Positions 36,846 through 46,762 are shown, counted from the stretch's first letter. The stretch is 64,000 bases of DNA from an uncultured Candidatus Saccharibacteria bacterium (GCA_964448075.1 CAYUUR010000003.1:69610-133609); one strand, 5' to 3'. Notes: generated by a model not told the origin, from the letters alone. Program-made: numbers and translations.

Positions 36846-37553
36846 ATGAACGCGAATGATCTAAAAACTGAGCTCACTGCTCACGAAGACCCGGCACACG
36901 CTCAGCTTGAACAGCGCTTCTTTAAGACGTATGAAGGCGGCTATGCCGAGGGAGATATCTTTATTGGTTTGCGCGTGCCACTTATCCGTAAGATCACCAA
37001 GTCCTACGTATTCTTGCCACTGAGTGAGATTGAGGAACTACTAGACAGCCCTATTCATGAACATCGATTTGCCGGACTTGTCATCATGACATTGCAAGCG
37101 CGCAAGGCTGATGAAACGTCACTACACGACCTATATCAGCTGTATCTACGACGTACTGATCGGATTAATAACTGGGATCTTGTGGACGTCAGCTGCCGCG
37201 ATGTCGTCGGTCGTTATCTGTATGACAAATCACGTCAGCCACTCTATAAGCTTGCTCGCTCGGCAAACCTCTGGGAACGACGTATAGCTATGGTTAGCAC
37301 ATCGTATTTTATCGGTAAACACGACCTCGCTGATACCTTTAAAATTGCTCAGATGTTGTTGCACGATGAGCATGATTTGATTCACAAGGCTGTTGGCTGG
37401 ATGCTCCGAGAAGCAGGCAAGAAATATGAAGCACAGTTGCTGGCTTTTCTGGATAATAATGCGGCCATTATGCCGCGTACGGCATTACGATACAGCCTGG
37501 AACGACTTAATCAGGTAGACAAACAACACTACATGACGCTAAAGTTAACGTAA
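36846..37553 (+). CDS. DNA alkylation repair protein (AlkD/AlkC-like HEAT-repeat glycosylase family)
   Basis: 235 aa with the motifs FFKTYEGGYAEGDIFIGLRVPLIRK, NNWDLVD, LWERRIAMVST and HKAVGWMLRE. Confidence 0.8.
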   Translation: MNANDLKTELTAHEDPAHAQLEQRFFKTYEGGYAEGDIFIGLRVPLIRKITKSYVFLPLSEIEELLDSPIHEHRFAGLVIMTLQARKADETSLHDLYQLYLRRTDRINNWDLVDVSCRDVVGRYLYDKSRQPLYKLARSANLWERRIAMVSTSYFIGKHDLADTFKIAQMLLHDEHDLIHKAVGWMLREAGKKYEAQLLAFLDNNAAIMPRTALRYSLERLNQVDKQHYMTLKLT

Positions 37554-37555
37554 GC

Positions 37556-38815
37556 ATGAAACAATCAAACTTTCCCAAAGATTTCTACTGGGGCGCAAGT
37601 ACTGCCAGTCATCAGGTTGAAGGCGGCAATCACAACCAGTGGACAGTATGGGAACTAGCCCAGGCTGGCGAATCTGCAAAGACTGCCAAGCAGAAGCTCG
37701 CCAATACGCCATTATGGCAAGAGATAGCCCCTTTGGCAGAAGACCCAAATAACTACGTGTCAGGCGAGGGCGTTGACCACTTTCGTCGTTATGAAGCTGA
37801 TTTTGACCTAGTTAAGTCACTTAATCTTAACTCATTTCGGTTTGGAATAGAGTGGTCACGGCTGGAACCAAGCGAAGGCGTCTGGGATGAAGTTGCCGTA
37901 GCGCACTACCGCCATTACATTGCTGCGCTCAAGAAGCGTGGTATAGAGCCATTCTTGAATATCTGGCATTGGACGGTGCCAACCTGGTTTGAAGAGCTTG
38001 GTGGGTTTCGTAAGCGCCAGAATTTGCGTCATTTTGAACGGTTTGTTAAAAAGGTGTCCGATGAGTTTGGTCACGAAGTACGGTACGTGATTACGTTGAA
38101 TGAACCAAATGTCTACACCAGTTTTGGCTTTATAACAGGGGACTGGCCTCCCGGTGAGCGTAAATATGTGAGCGCCCTGCGCGTCTATGTCAACCTAGTC
38201 AGCGCACACAAACGTGCTTACAAAATACTCAAAGCAGACCACCCCAAGATGCAAGTTGGTATCGCAGCACAACTCGGCAATATTCAAGCCAAGCGACCGC
38301 ACAACTGGATTGATCAAGGGGTTACTCAGATTATGCGTTATGTATGGAATTGGTGGTTCCTGCTTCGCATTAAGCGTCAGCAGGACTTCGTGGGCTTCAA
38401 TTACTACTTTACTGATTACTACAAAGGGTTACGCAAAGATAATCCGCATATACCGCTGAATGATCTGGGTTGGTATATGGAGCCTGAAGGGCTTTATCCA
38501 TTGCTGCTTCGTACGTGGAATCGTTTCAAAAAGCCCATCATCGTTACAGAAAACGGCGTGGCTGACACACATGATGAGTATCGGCAATGGTGGCTCGAAG
38601 AAACGATCATTGCTATGGAGCGGGCTATCAGCGAAGGTGTTGAGCTGAAAGGCTACATGCACTGGAGTTTGCTGGATAATTTTGAATGGGCGTACGGCTG
38701 GTGGCCAAAGTTTGGGTTAGTTGCAGTTGATCGTAAAACCATGAAACGTACCGTACGACCAAGTGCCACGTGGTTAGCAGCCTTCTTGGCGAGTGCTTCA
38801 GACAACAAAAAGTAG
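37556..38815 (+). CDS. Glycoside hydrolase family 1 (beta-glucosidase-like)
   Basis: 419 aa. It has FPKDFYWGASTASHQVEGG, the acid/base motif TLNEPN and the nucleophile motif VTENG. Confidence 0.88.
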   Translation: MKQSNFPKDFYWGASTASHQVEGGNHNQWTVWELAQAGESAKTAKQKLANTPLWQEIAPLAEDPNNYVSGEGVDHFRRYEADFDLVKSLNLNSFRFGIEWSRLEPSEGVWDEVAVAHYRHYIAALKKRGIEPFLNIWHWTVPTWFEELGGFRKRQNLRHFERFVKKVSDEFGHEVRYVITLNEPNVYTSFGFITGDWPPGERKYVSALRVYVNLVSAHKRAYKILKADHPKMQVGIAAQLGNIQAKRPHNWIDQGVTQIMRYVWNWWFLLRIKRQQDFVGFNYYFTDYYKGLRKDNPHIPLNDLGWYMEPEGLYPLLLRTWNRFKKPIIVTENGVADTHDEYRQWWLEETIIAMERAISEGVELKGYMHWSLLDNFEWAYGWWPKFGLVAVDRKTMKRTVRPSATWLAAFLASASDNKK

Positions 38816-38827
38816 TCTGGAAACTAA

Positions 38828-38856
38828 TTGACAAAGAGTGCCGCTTATGGTATATT
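38828..38856 (+). promoter_or_regulatory. Promoter cassette copy 4 (TTGACA-17 nt-TATATT)
   Basis: The sequence is ATTGACAAAGAGTGCCGCTTATGGTATATT. The ATG at 38866 lies 9 nt after the -10. Confidence 0.6.
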
Positions 38857-38865
38857 GTTTGCATT

Positions 38866-39204
38866 ATGACAGGTTATAACCCACCAAAAACAGTTGCAGA
38901 CCGCGGTTTGCATATCCCAATCATTCCACTTGAAGAGTCGATGAAGCGCGAACGGCGCCAGTCTCGTCGAGAGAAGATTGGAAATGCGGCTCTAGCACTT
39001 GGTGCTTCAGCTGTGTTTGCGTTTGCTGCATATCAAATCGATGCGCGATTTGATAATGATCCGGTTGTTAACACTTCACCTTCACCTGCGTTGGCAGAAA
39101 ATATGCGGCAGAACGCTGAAGATGTCAGGGCAGGACAATCCTTGGCGGAGGCAGATATGCAACAAGTTCAGCAAATAAACGAATCCATGCAAAAAGACAA
39201 CTAA
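38866..39204 (+). CDS. Small single-pass membrane protein
   Basis: The ORF track starts this frame at 38770, inside GH1, but ATG 38866 directly follows cassette copy 4. It is 112 aa with RERRQSRREK followed by the TM segment IGNAALALGASAVFAFAAY. Confidence 0.6.
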   Translation: MTGYNPPKTVADRGLHIPIIPLEESMKRERRQSRREKIGNAALALGASAVFAFAAYQIDARFDNDPVVNTSPSPALAENMRQNAEDVRAGQSLAEADMQQVQQINESMQKDN

Positions 39205-39233
39205 GAATAACAATAGCGTTCGATAATTTTCCG

Positions 39234-39266
39234 AACACGCTGCATGTAGTGGCGTGTTTTTTATTT
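39234..39266 (+). terminator. Rho-independent terminator
   Basis: AACACGC, an 11-nt loop, GCGTGTT and then TTTTATTT. Confidence 0.6.
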
Positions 39267-39327
39267 CGGTCAATCTGTGGATAACTAGAGACATTATGTA
39301 GCAATAACATGCATAAAAGGCTTGCAT

Positions 39328-39375
39328 GTGGGTGAGGGTGGGTAGTATATTCATGTCAGTGGGTAAATGTGGGTA
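39328..39375 (+). promoter_or_regulatory. Four phased GTGGGT(A/G) direct repeats bracketing a -10-like TAGTAT (putative MraZ operator/Pmra)
   Basis: The repeats start at 39328, 39338, 39359 and 39369, with spacings of 10, 21 and 10 nt. TAGTATATT lies at 39343-39351. The mraZ ATG is at 39441. Confidence 0.55.
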
Positions 39376-39440
39376 AGGCAAAAGAGCCGTACCGCACCAC
39401 AAAACAAAAATAAGTTAACAGTAATAAATAACTGTAGACC

Positions 39441-39800
39441 ATGATGGTGGATTATTTCGAAAGGAAACTCGACAACAAGCGACGGCTAACTATACCAGCC
39501 GAACTTCGTGGCGAGTTTATCAGCGGAGTAGTCATAACCCGTGGATTTAAAAATTACCTGCACCTGTATCCGAAATCGGTATGGGATCAGTTGGTAGAAC
39601 CAGAGCTCCAAGGAAGTATCCTTGATGAGCGCGTGGCAGACATCAACGTGCAGTTCAGGATGGGAAAGAGTGATAGTGAACTTGACGCAAAGCAAGGTCG
39701 GATCACTCTTGAACAGCATCTTCTGGATTACGCTGGCATCACTCGTGATGTTGAGGCGGTCCGGGCAGGTAAGTATTGGCGTTTGCAAGCGAAAGCTTGA
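39441..39800 (+). CDS. mraZ: Transcriptional regulator MraZ (short form)
   Basis: 119 aa. It has two SpoVT/AbrB-like half motifs, KLDNKRRLTIPAELR and LDAKQGRITLEQHL, and sits at the head of the dcw cluster. Confidence 0.85.
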   Translation: MMVDYFERKLDNKRRLTIPAELRGEFISGVVITRGFKNYLHLYPKSVWDQLVEPELQGSILDERVADINVQFRMGKSDSELDAKQGRITLEQHLLDYAGITRDVEAVRAGKYWRLQAKA

Positions 39801-40116
39801 TCAGACCGCACATTAACAAATAGCTAGACAGTACGAAGTTAGCTAATCGGCAGTCAACAAGTGATCGAGCTTGCACTATAAAACAAGTTTGCACCTTACA
39901 TAAAACACCTCCCAAAACTCCACCTCACACAATTAAGTCTCTCAAAACTTACGCGTTAAGATAGTTAGAAGTTCCGAGTGATGTAAATCATTCCAAAAGA
40001 ACGTCTTACATACTGTTCTAACGCACACAAAAACAAAAACATCGATAGAGCAGGGATGCTCTTCAAAAAACAAAAAGTTGGCTGCTGGTTAGGTGAGTTC
40101 GTAATAAAACAAAAAC

Positions 40117-41037
40117 ATGGATCACCACATCAAAAAACAAAAAAGCGATAACCCACAAGGGTTGCATCAACCAGTATTGCTTGCAGAAGTGCTCGCGTGT
40201 CTCAGTCCGAACAAAGGGGAATCATACCTCGATGTGACGGCAGGATATGCAGGTCATGCGCGCGCAATACTTGACCAAACAAAGGCACCGGCAAAGGTGA
40301 CTTTGGTTGATCGGGATGAAGCAGCAATTGCAGAGTTGCACAAAGCATTGCCACGAGTGCAGGTCATCAGAAATGATTTCTTAACGGCAAGCAAGCAACT
40401 TGGCCAGGCAGGCAGAAAGTATCATATGATATTGGCCGACCTCGGGGTATCATCGCCGCACCTTGACAATGCAGGCCGTGGATTCAGCTTCATGACAGAA
40501 GCACCGCTCGACATGCGTATGGACAACAACCAGACACTCACCGCAGATGTAATCGTAAATACTTACGATGAATCTGACATTAGTGATCTGCTGTGGAAAT
40601 ACGGTGAAGAGCCTAAGGCGCGACAGATTGCACGACGAATCGTGCAGGCTCGTCCGCTCAGAACCACAACTCAGTTGGCAGCAGTCGTTGCTAAAGCATG
40701 GCCAGGTAGGAGCAAGACACATCCTGCAACCCGAACGTTTCAAGCGTTACGGATTGCCGTGAATGATGAACTGCAATTACTTGAATCAGCCATACCGCTT
40801 TGGATAGATATGCTTGAACCGCAGGGTAGGCTAGCAATCATAAGTTTCCATAGTTTAGAGGATCGTATTGTGAAGAAGGCATTTCATGAGCGATCAATCG
40901 GCTATGAATCAGAAGTAGCACTCATTACCAAAGGACCTATTACCGCGAGTGCAACCGAAATCGTTTCAAATCCGCGTGCTCGTAGTGCAAAACTACGTGC
41001 CGTATTAAAACAAAAATATGGTGAGCGCCAAAAATAG
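40117..41037 (+). CDS. rsmH: 16S rRNA (cytosine1402-N4)-methyltransferase
   Basis: 306 aa with the motifs HQPVLLAEVL, YLDVTAGYAGHA, ADLGVSSPHLD and SFHSLEDRIVK. Confidence 0.93.
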   Translation: MDHHIKKQKSDNPQGLHQPVLLAEVLACLSPNKGESYLDVTAGYAGHARAILDQTKAPAKVTLVDRDEAAIAELHKALPRVQVIRNDFLTASKQLGQAGRKYHMILADLGVSSPHLDNAGRGFSFMTEAPLDMRMDNNQTLTADVIVNTYDESDISDLLWKYGEEPKARQIARRIVQARPLRTTTQLAAVVAKAWPGRSKTHPATRTFQALRIAVNDELQLLESAIPLWIDMLEPQGRLAIISFHSLEDRIVKKAFHERSIGYESEVALITKGPITASATEIVSNPRARSAKLRAVLKQKYGERQK

Positions 41038-41150
41038 CGTGACCCAGGAAAGGGGAATACAAACACATGCCTATACATGTTAAAAGTAACTCCCGAACAT
41101 ACAAAGTACGCGTAAAGGTCTTATAGACCTTGTGCTGACCTTGTGAACCT

Positions 41151-41179
41151 GGCGGGTGGTTTTAGAACCTCCACCCGCC
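41151..41179 (+). other. 9-bp GC-rich hairpin in the rsmH-ftsL spacer
   Basis: GGCGGGTGG, an 11-nt loop, then CCACCCGCC. It is followed by an A-rich tract rather than a U-tract. Confidence 0.4.
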
Positions 41180-41218
41180 ACCAAACCAAAAAAACAAAAA
41201 AAGAAATCAAAAATACAT

Positions 41219-41569
41219 ATGACATACTCATCCTCACTTGCCGCCGGACGCCAACAGCGTTTCGGGCAACGCAATCAGAATAATGCCAGCTTCCGTGATG
41301 TCAGCAAGACACTCGGACCAGTCAGTAACACCATTGTGTTGATTGTACTCGCCTGTATTCTCGGCCTTTTGTATCTCACGCAGGTTACCAAGACCAATGC
41401 TTTTGGCTACCGTATTGAGAACCTTAAAGAGCAGAAGACAACCTTACAGCAAGAGCACGACGCCCTGGAAGTGGCAGCAGCTCGACTACAGTCGATAGAA
41501 CGTGTTAAAAATAGTGCAGTTGCCAAAGACTTGGTCTCTGTAGCGCCAAGCGGCAACGTTCAAAACTAG
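41219..41569 (+). CDS. ftsL: FtsL/DivIC-like cell-division protein
   Basis: 116 aa from ATG 41219. It has a single TM segment (IVLIVLACILGLLYL) followed by a coiled coil (ENLKEQKTTLQQEHDALEVAAARLQ), and sits between rsmH and ftsI. Confidence 0.65.
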   Translation: MTYSSSLAAGRQQRFGQRNQNNASFRDVSKTLGPVSNTIVLIVLACILGLLYLTQVTKTNAFGYRIENLKEQKTTLQQEHDALEVAAARLQSIERVKNSAVAKDLVSVAPSGNVQN

Positions 41570-41577
41570 TAGACGTT

Positions 41578-43341
41578 ATGCAACCAGACTCAAAACAATC
41601 TCGCCCTGCCGTCTCGGCATTGCATCGTGTCCGTTTGTGGTACGCGGTGCTTGTTTTGATTGGGGGTATATTTATCATTCGAGCATTTTATTTGCAGGTT
41701 ATAAGGCACAATCACTACAAACAGGCGGCCATAAGTAGCCAGTTAAAACAATACATGATTCCTGCGGAGCGCGGGGTTATTGAGGCGTTTGACGGTGAGC
41801 AAACGGTACCGATTGTCCTAAATGAAACGCGTTATACCTTGTTTGCCGACCCTCAATACATTGATAAATCTGAAGAAGTTGCAGGCTTGATTGCAGGCGC
41901 AATCGGAGGCGATAGTAAGCAGTACAAAGATCTTATGGATCAAGATACGCGCTACGCAGTGCTAGCCAAGAAACTGACCAAGGAACAAAAAGAGAAGATT
42001 GATAAGCTTGATCTACTGGGCATCGTAACGAGTGAAACTCCAATTAGAGTGTATCCGCAAAAGGACTTGGCAGCGCAGTTGCTCGGCTTTGTAAACGATG
42101 AAGGTGAAGGCAAATACGGGGTAGAGCAATACTATGATAGCGAACTGAAGGGTACTCCAGGCCAAATGAAGGCCATTACAGATGCAAAAGGCGTCCCACT
42201 TGTATCAAACAAAGATAACGTCATAGAAGAGCCAGAAATGGGTAAGCGAGTGGTGCTCACCATTGACATATCTATGCAAAAGCAGCTAGAAGACATACTC
42301 AAGAAAGGCCTCAAGAATGCTCGGTCTGATTCCGGGAGTGCCGTGATAGTTGACCCAAATACCGGGGCAGTAAAGGCAATGGCAAACTACCCAACCTATA
42401 ATCCGTCAGAGTTCTTCAAGCAGAAAGACAGCGCTGTGTTTACTAACAATGCAGTAAGCTCGCCGCTTGAGGTTGGTTCAATCATGAAACCATTGACTAC
42501 TGCAGCTGCGCTTGATACTGGTTCTGTTGCTGCCAACGCCAGCTACTTTGACCCAGGATACTTTAAGATTGACGATGCCACAATCGAAAACGTCGAAGAA
42601 GTGCGTGGCGCGGCGCGACGAAGCGTGTCTGATATCTTGAAGTTCTCGCTCAACACAGGCGCTACGTGGTTGCTCATGCAAATGGGTGGCGGTACAGTGA
42701 ACGAAAAGGCTCGACTGACCTGGCATGAATACATGACAAATCATTATCAGCTTGGCAAGAATACAGGCATTGAACAGGGGTATGAAGCCGCAGGATCTAT
42801 CCCTGATCCTAAAGATGGCTACGGGTTAAATATTCAGTACGCTAACACATCATTTGGCCAGGGTATGACCGCAACACCATTACAGATGGCTGCAGCAATA
42901 TCTAGCGTAGTCAACGGGGGTACGTATTATAAACCGCATCTTGTAGCTCAGGTAAAAGCACCCGGCGCAGAAGCTGTCAGTAAAAGGCCAGAGATTGTTC
43001 GTCAGAATGTGGTGTCAGCTGCAGTGGGCAAGACGATTCGTGGCTTTATGGAAACGGTGGTGGAGACAAACAACTATGCTGCCGTGCGTCGTGGCTATAG
43101 TGTTGGTGGAAAAACGGGTACTGCCCAGATTGCCAAAGCTACCGGTGGCTACTATGACGATAAGTTCAACGGTATGTACATGGGCTTTGTTGGGGGTGAC
43201 AAGGCCGACTATGTAGTAGTTGTACGCGTCAATGAGCCACGTATTCCTGGGTATGCGGGATCAAAGGCCGCAGCACCGATTTTTGCGGAAGCTTCTAACA
43301 TGCTGATCGACAAATTTGGGGTGACGCCAAAAACAAAATAG
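41578..43341 (+). CDS. ftsI: Class B penicillin-binding protein (FtsI-type transpeptidase)
   Basis: 587 aa with an N-terminal TM segment and the motifs SxxK (SIMK), SxN (SLN) and KTG (GGKTGTAQ). Confidence 0.9.
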   Translation: MQPDSKQSRPAVSALHRVRLWYAVLVLIGGIFIIRAFYLQVIRHNHYKQAAISSQLKQYMIPAERGVIEAFDGEQTVPIVLNETRYTLFADPQYIDKSEEVAGLIAGAIGGDSKQYKDLMDQDTRYAVLAKKLTKEQKEKIDKLDLLGIVTSETPIRVYPQKDLAAQLLGFVNDEGEGKYGVEQYYDSELKGTPGQMKAITDAKGVPLVSNKDNVIEEPEMGKRVVLTIDISMQKQLEDILKKGLKNARSDSGSAVIVDPNTGAVKAMANYPTYNPSEFFKQKDSAVFTNNAVSSPLEVGSIMKPLTTAAALDTGSVAANASYFDPGYFKIDDATIENVEEVRGAARRSVSDILKFSLNTGATWLLMQMGGGTVNEKARLTWHEYMTNHYQLGKNTGIEQGYEAAGSIPDPKDGYGLNIQYANTSFGQGMTATPLQMAAAISSVVNGGTYYKPHLVAQVKAPGAEAVSKRPEIVRQNVVSAAVGKTIRGFMETVVETNNYAAVRRGYSVGGKTGTAQIAKATGGYYDDKFNGMYMGFVGGDKADYVVVVRVNEPRIPGYAGSKAAAPIFAEASNMLIDKFGVTPKTK

Positions 43342-43364
43342 AGCTATAATAAGGGAATATCACT

Positions 43365-44405
43365 ATGACAGAAATAAATGTAACAGTAGAAAGTGCGACG
43401 CTCGTCAGGATATTAGGCCTTGGGTTCTTTGGCTTTGCGCTCAGTATGTTACTAACCCCGATATATACGACACTGGCTTATCGCGGCCAGTGGTGGAAGA
43501 AGCCCCGACAAAGCACTGTTACTGGCGAGGCCGCAACGGTGTTTACCAAACTCCACGCCGGTAAACACAAACGACTTATTCCGACTATGTCCGGCATTAT
43601 CTTTGTAGTTGCCGTTGCTATTACAACTGTCTTGTTCAATTTAGAACGAACAGAGACATGGCTACCGCTTGCTGCCTTTCTGGGGGCAGGGATGATCGGT
43701 CTTGTCGATGACATTATCAACATACGAGGGAGTGGGCTTGGTGTGGCTGGATTGCCTTCCAAACTGAAGTTTCTTCTCATGGCGATGGTGGCAACGGTTG
43801 GCGGGTGGTTCTTTTATGCAAAGCTTGATGTCAACAGTATCCATGTGCCGTTTTACGGTGACTTAGCGCTCGGCTGGTTGATTGTGCCGCTGTTTATCCT
43901 TGTTGTGGTTGCCACAGCCAACGCCGTTAACATTACTGACGGGCTTGATGGACTAGCGGGTGGTTTGTGTGCGATTGCATTTGCAACATATGCTTTCATT
44001 GCTTTCTTAGAAGGTAGGTTTGGGGTATCAGGTTTCTGCATGACACTCGTCGGTGCACTCCTGAGCTACACCTGGTTTAACATCTTCCCGGCGCGCTTTT
44101 TTATGGGTGACGTTGGCTCGTTCGCTCTGGGCACTGCACTCGGGGTAGTGGCGATGTTAACTGACACACTTGTACTCCTGCCTATTATCGGTATCGTGTT
44201 CGTTGCAGAGACTGGGTCCGTTATTTTGCAGGTAGCCTCCAAAAAACTGCGTCATGGCAAAAAGATCTTCAAGATATCACCGATACACCATCATTTTGAG
44301 GCAAGTGGTTGGCCAGAAGCAAAGGTTACGATGCGCTTTTGGGTACTTGGGCAAGTGGCTAGTGTAGTTGGTCTGATGCTCTTTCTCATGGGTGGCTGGG
44401 TATGA
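43365..44405 (+). CDS. mraY: Phospho-N-acetylmuramoyl-pentapeptide transferase
   Basis: 346 aa, polytopic, with the motifs NAVNITDGLDGLAGG and HHHFE. Confidence 0.93.
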   Translation: MTEINVTVESATLVRILGLGFFGFALSMLLTPIYTTLAYRGQWWKKPRQSTVTGEAATVFTKLHAGKHKRLIPTMSGIIFVVAVAITTVLFNLERTETWLPLAAFLGAGMIGLVDDIINIRGSGLGVAGLPSKLKFLLMAMVATVGGWFFYAKLDVNSIHVPFYGDLALGWLIVPLFILVVVATANAVNITDGLDGLAGGLCAIAFATYAFIAFLEGRFGVSGFCMTLVGALLSYTWFNIFPARFFMGDVGSFALGTALGVVAMLTDTLVLLPIIGIVFVAETGSVILQVASKKLRHGKKIFKISPIHHHFEASGWPEAKVTMRFWVLGQVASVVGLMLFLMGGWV

Positions 44406-45655
44406 GCCTTGGGGCAACTAATCGGCGCCCCGTAACTACATCAGAACAGGGGGGCAGGCGACATCGCCCGGACTATTGGCTGCCATTGTTGAGCACAGCC
44501 TTGCTTGGTATTGGCATGGTAGTTATTTACGCTATCAGTCCTGGGCTTGCTGGACAGAATAATGTCAGTGAAAGCTATTACGTCAGTAAACAGCTGATTT
44601 CGATCGTGTTGGGTGTCATTGCTTTTTTGGTGATGGCCAACGTGCCTTTACAGTTCTGGCGTCGTGCTCAGAAACCCCTGATAATCGCTGCCGGTATTGC
44701 CGCGCTCGCGGTACGGCTGGTTGGCGAAGAGGTAAACGGGGCTTATCGTTGGATTCAGCTCGGTGGCATGTCTTTCCAAGCAGTAGAGCTAATCAAATTT
44801 GCACTCTTGATATGGATGGCATCATTTCTGACAGATCGTTTGCAACGCGGTGAGCTGAATAGTACCGATAAAACCTTGAAACCACTATTCTTCGCACTTG
44901 GTAGCATAGGTGTTGTAGTGGCAATTCTTCAAGGTGACTTCGGTTCAACTGCTGTAATGGTAGCTATGATGGCTGCAATGGTGTTTGTGGTCGGTATGCC
45001 ACTAAAGCGTGTTATGACCGTCGGCGCGATTGTAGCAATTGGCGCAACTATGCTTATCGCTAGTACGCCGTATCGTCGCGAGCGGCTCGCGACATTTGTA
45101 AACCCAGAGCGTGATTGCCAGAATGCTGGATATCAATCATGTCAGGCACTTATTGCGGTTGGTTCAGGTGGTATGTTTGGACTCGGTTTGGCACAGAGCG
45201 TCCAAGCGTATGGCTATTTGCCTGAGGCTGCAAATGATTCAATCTTCGCTATTTATGCAGAGAAATTTGGGTTTATTGGCGTAACCGTACTGGTGGGTCT
45301 GTTTATGGCATTGTTTAGCCGATTGTTTAAGATTATTGAACACACCCCAGATATGTTTAGTCGTTTAATTGTAGTGGGTATATTAGCGTGGCTAAGTACG
45401 CAGGCCTTGATAAATATGGGTGCGATGCTAGGCCTACTGCCATTAAAGGGTATAACGCTGCCATTTATCAGTTATGGAGGTACGAGCTTGCTATTCATTA
45501 CTGGTATGGTGGGTTTGGCTTTTCAAGTTTCACGGTATACTAGTTATGGAAGGATAAATACAAATAACTATGAGCAAGGCATCAGTAACAAAAGTCCTGC
45601 TGACCGGTGGGGGGACAGGCGGTCATATCACCCCCCTGTTAGCCGTCGCCCATAA
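44402..45655 (+). CDS. ftsW: SEDS-family peptidoglycan polymerase FtsW
   Basis: 417 aa, polytopic, with the motifs PEAANDSIFA and GITLPFISYGGTSLL. The non-conserved tail overlaps murG by 86 nt. Confidence 0.88.
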   Translation: MSLGATNRRPVTTSEQGGRRHRPDYWLPLLSTALLGIGMVVIYAISPGLAGQNNVSESYYVSKQLISIVLGVIAFLVMANVPLQFWRRAQKPLIIAAGIAALAVRLVGEEVNGAYRWIQLGGMSFQAVELIKFALLIWMASFLTDRLQRGELNSTDKTLKPLFFALGSIGVVVAILQGDFGSTAVMVAMMAAMVFVVGMPLKRVMTVGAIVAIGATMLIASTPYRRERLATFVNPERDCQNAGYQSCQALIAVGSGGMFGLGLAQSVQAYGYLPEAANDSIFAIYAEKFGFIGVTVLVGLFMALFSRLFKIIEHTPDMFSRLIVVGILAWLSTQALINMGAMLGLLPLKGITLPFISYGGTSLLFITGMVGLAFQVSRYTSYGRINTNNYEQGISNKSPADRWGDRRSYHPPVSRRP

Positions 45656-46760
45656 GCTCAAAGAGCTTGACCAGTCTATACATACAGTCTATGTCGGTGA
45701 ACGTGGTAGTAAGTTCGGTTCCATGACCAAAGACCAGCGTGTTTTTGATGCCCAACGAAAAATCTTTGCCGGCAAATTTAGGCGCTATCACGGTGAATCA
45801 TGGGTTAAACGTGTACTAGACGTCAAGACTAACCTGCTAAATATCCGCGATTTCGTATATGTAGTCTTGGGGATGTTTGAGAGTATGGTGTTACTCATTC
45901 GAGAGAAGCCAGATGTCATACTCCTGAAAGGCGGCTTCGTAGGCATGCCTGTCGGCTTAGCGGCAGCGTTGCTCCGCATCCCGTATATTACGCATGATTC
46001 TGATGCGCTACCTGGCTTGGCAAACCGAGTGGTAGCACGCTGGGCTCGCTGGCACGCAACTGGCATGCCGGCTTCTTTCTATACGTACAAGCAAGGAACG
46101 GTCAAATATGTCGGTGTCTTGGTTGGCGATGCCTATACATTTGTCACAGACGAACTTCGTCATGACTATCGTCGTCAACTCAACATTCCCTTCGACGCCA
46201 CTGTATTAATGGTCACGGGCGGTAGTAATGGTTCGCAGAAACTCAATCAAGCAATGGCAAAACACATCGTTTCAATAAAGGCCAAGCATCCGCGATTGTA
46301 TGTGTTACACCAGACAGGAATTGGCAATGAAGGCGTATATGCTGACATATATCCTAATGGAGTTGACTGGATCGTGGTGCAGGACCTGTTTAAGCAGATG
46401 TATCGTTATAGTGGCGCTGCCGATGTTGTTGTTACGCGGGCTGGGGCAAATACTCTTGCGGAGTTTGGCGTACAAGGCAAGGCCTGTGTGGTTGTCCCTA
46501 ATCCGCTACTCACCGGAGGCCATCAGCTCATAAATGCCGCTGAGCTGGAGAAGCACCAGGCGGTTGTTGTTATCAAAGAGGCAGAATTAGGAGACCGACT
46601 CGAGCCAGTGTTAACAGAGTTGCTTGAAGACGAAAAACTCCGCCATGCCTATGGCAAAAAGCTTCGTGGACTGTCAAAGGTTGATGCTGCAGAAAAGCTC
46701 GCTAAACTCTTGTATGACACCGTTGAGCACAGAAAACCCACCGATTACGAGGCAGCCTAG
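45570..46760 (+). CDS. murG: UDP-N-acetylglucosamine--N-acetylmuramyl-(pentapeptide) pyrophosphoryl-undecaprenol GlcNAc transferase
   Basis: 396 aa with an N-terminal G-loop (LLTGGGTGGHITPLLAVA) and the C-terminal motif RAGANTLAE. Confidence 0.9.
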   Translation: MSKASVTKVLLTGGGTGGHITPLLAVAHKLKELDQSIHTVYVGERGSKFGSMTKDQRVFDAQRKIFAGKFRRYHGESWVKRVLDVKTNLLNIRDFVYVVLGMFESMVLLIREKPDVILLKGGFVGMPVGLAAALLRIPYITHDSDALPGLANRVVARWARWHATGMPASFYTYKQGTVKYVGVLVGDAYTFVTDELRHDYRRQLNIPFDATVLMVTGGSNGSQKLNQAMAKHIVSIKAKHPRLYVLHQTGIGNEGVYADIYPNGVDWIVVQDLFKQMYRYSGAADVVVTRAGANTLAEFGVQGKACVVVPNPLLTGGHQLINAAELEKHQAVVVIKEAELGDRLEPVLTELLEDEKLRHAYGKKLRGLSKVDAAEKLAKLLYDTVEHRKPTDYEAA

Positions 46761-46762
46761 AC

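Noticed and set aside
39276-39284. Perfect DnaA-box 9-mers (TGTGGATAA) at 39276-39284 and 47884-47892, as a possible oriC
   Set aside because: These are two isolated boxes 8.6 kb apart. There is no cluster of boxes, no dnaA or dnaN nearby and no obvious AT-rich unwinding repeats. One or two exact 9-mers are close to chance expectation in 64 kb on both strands.
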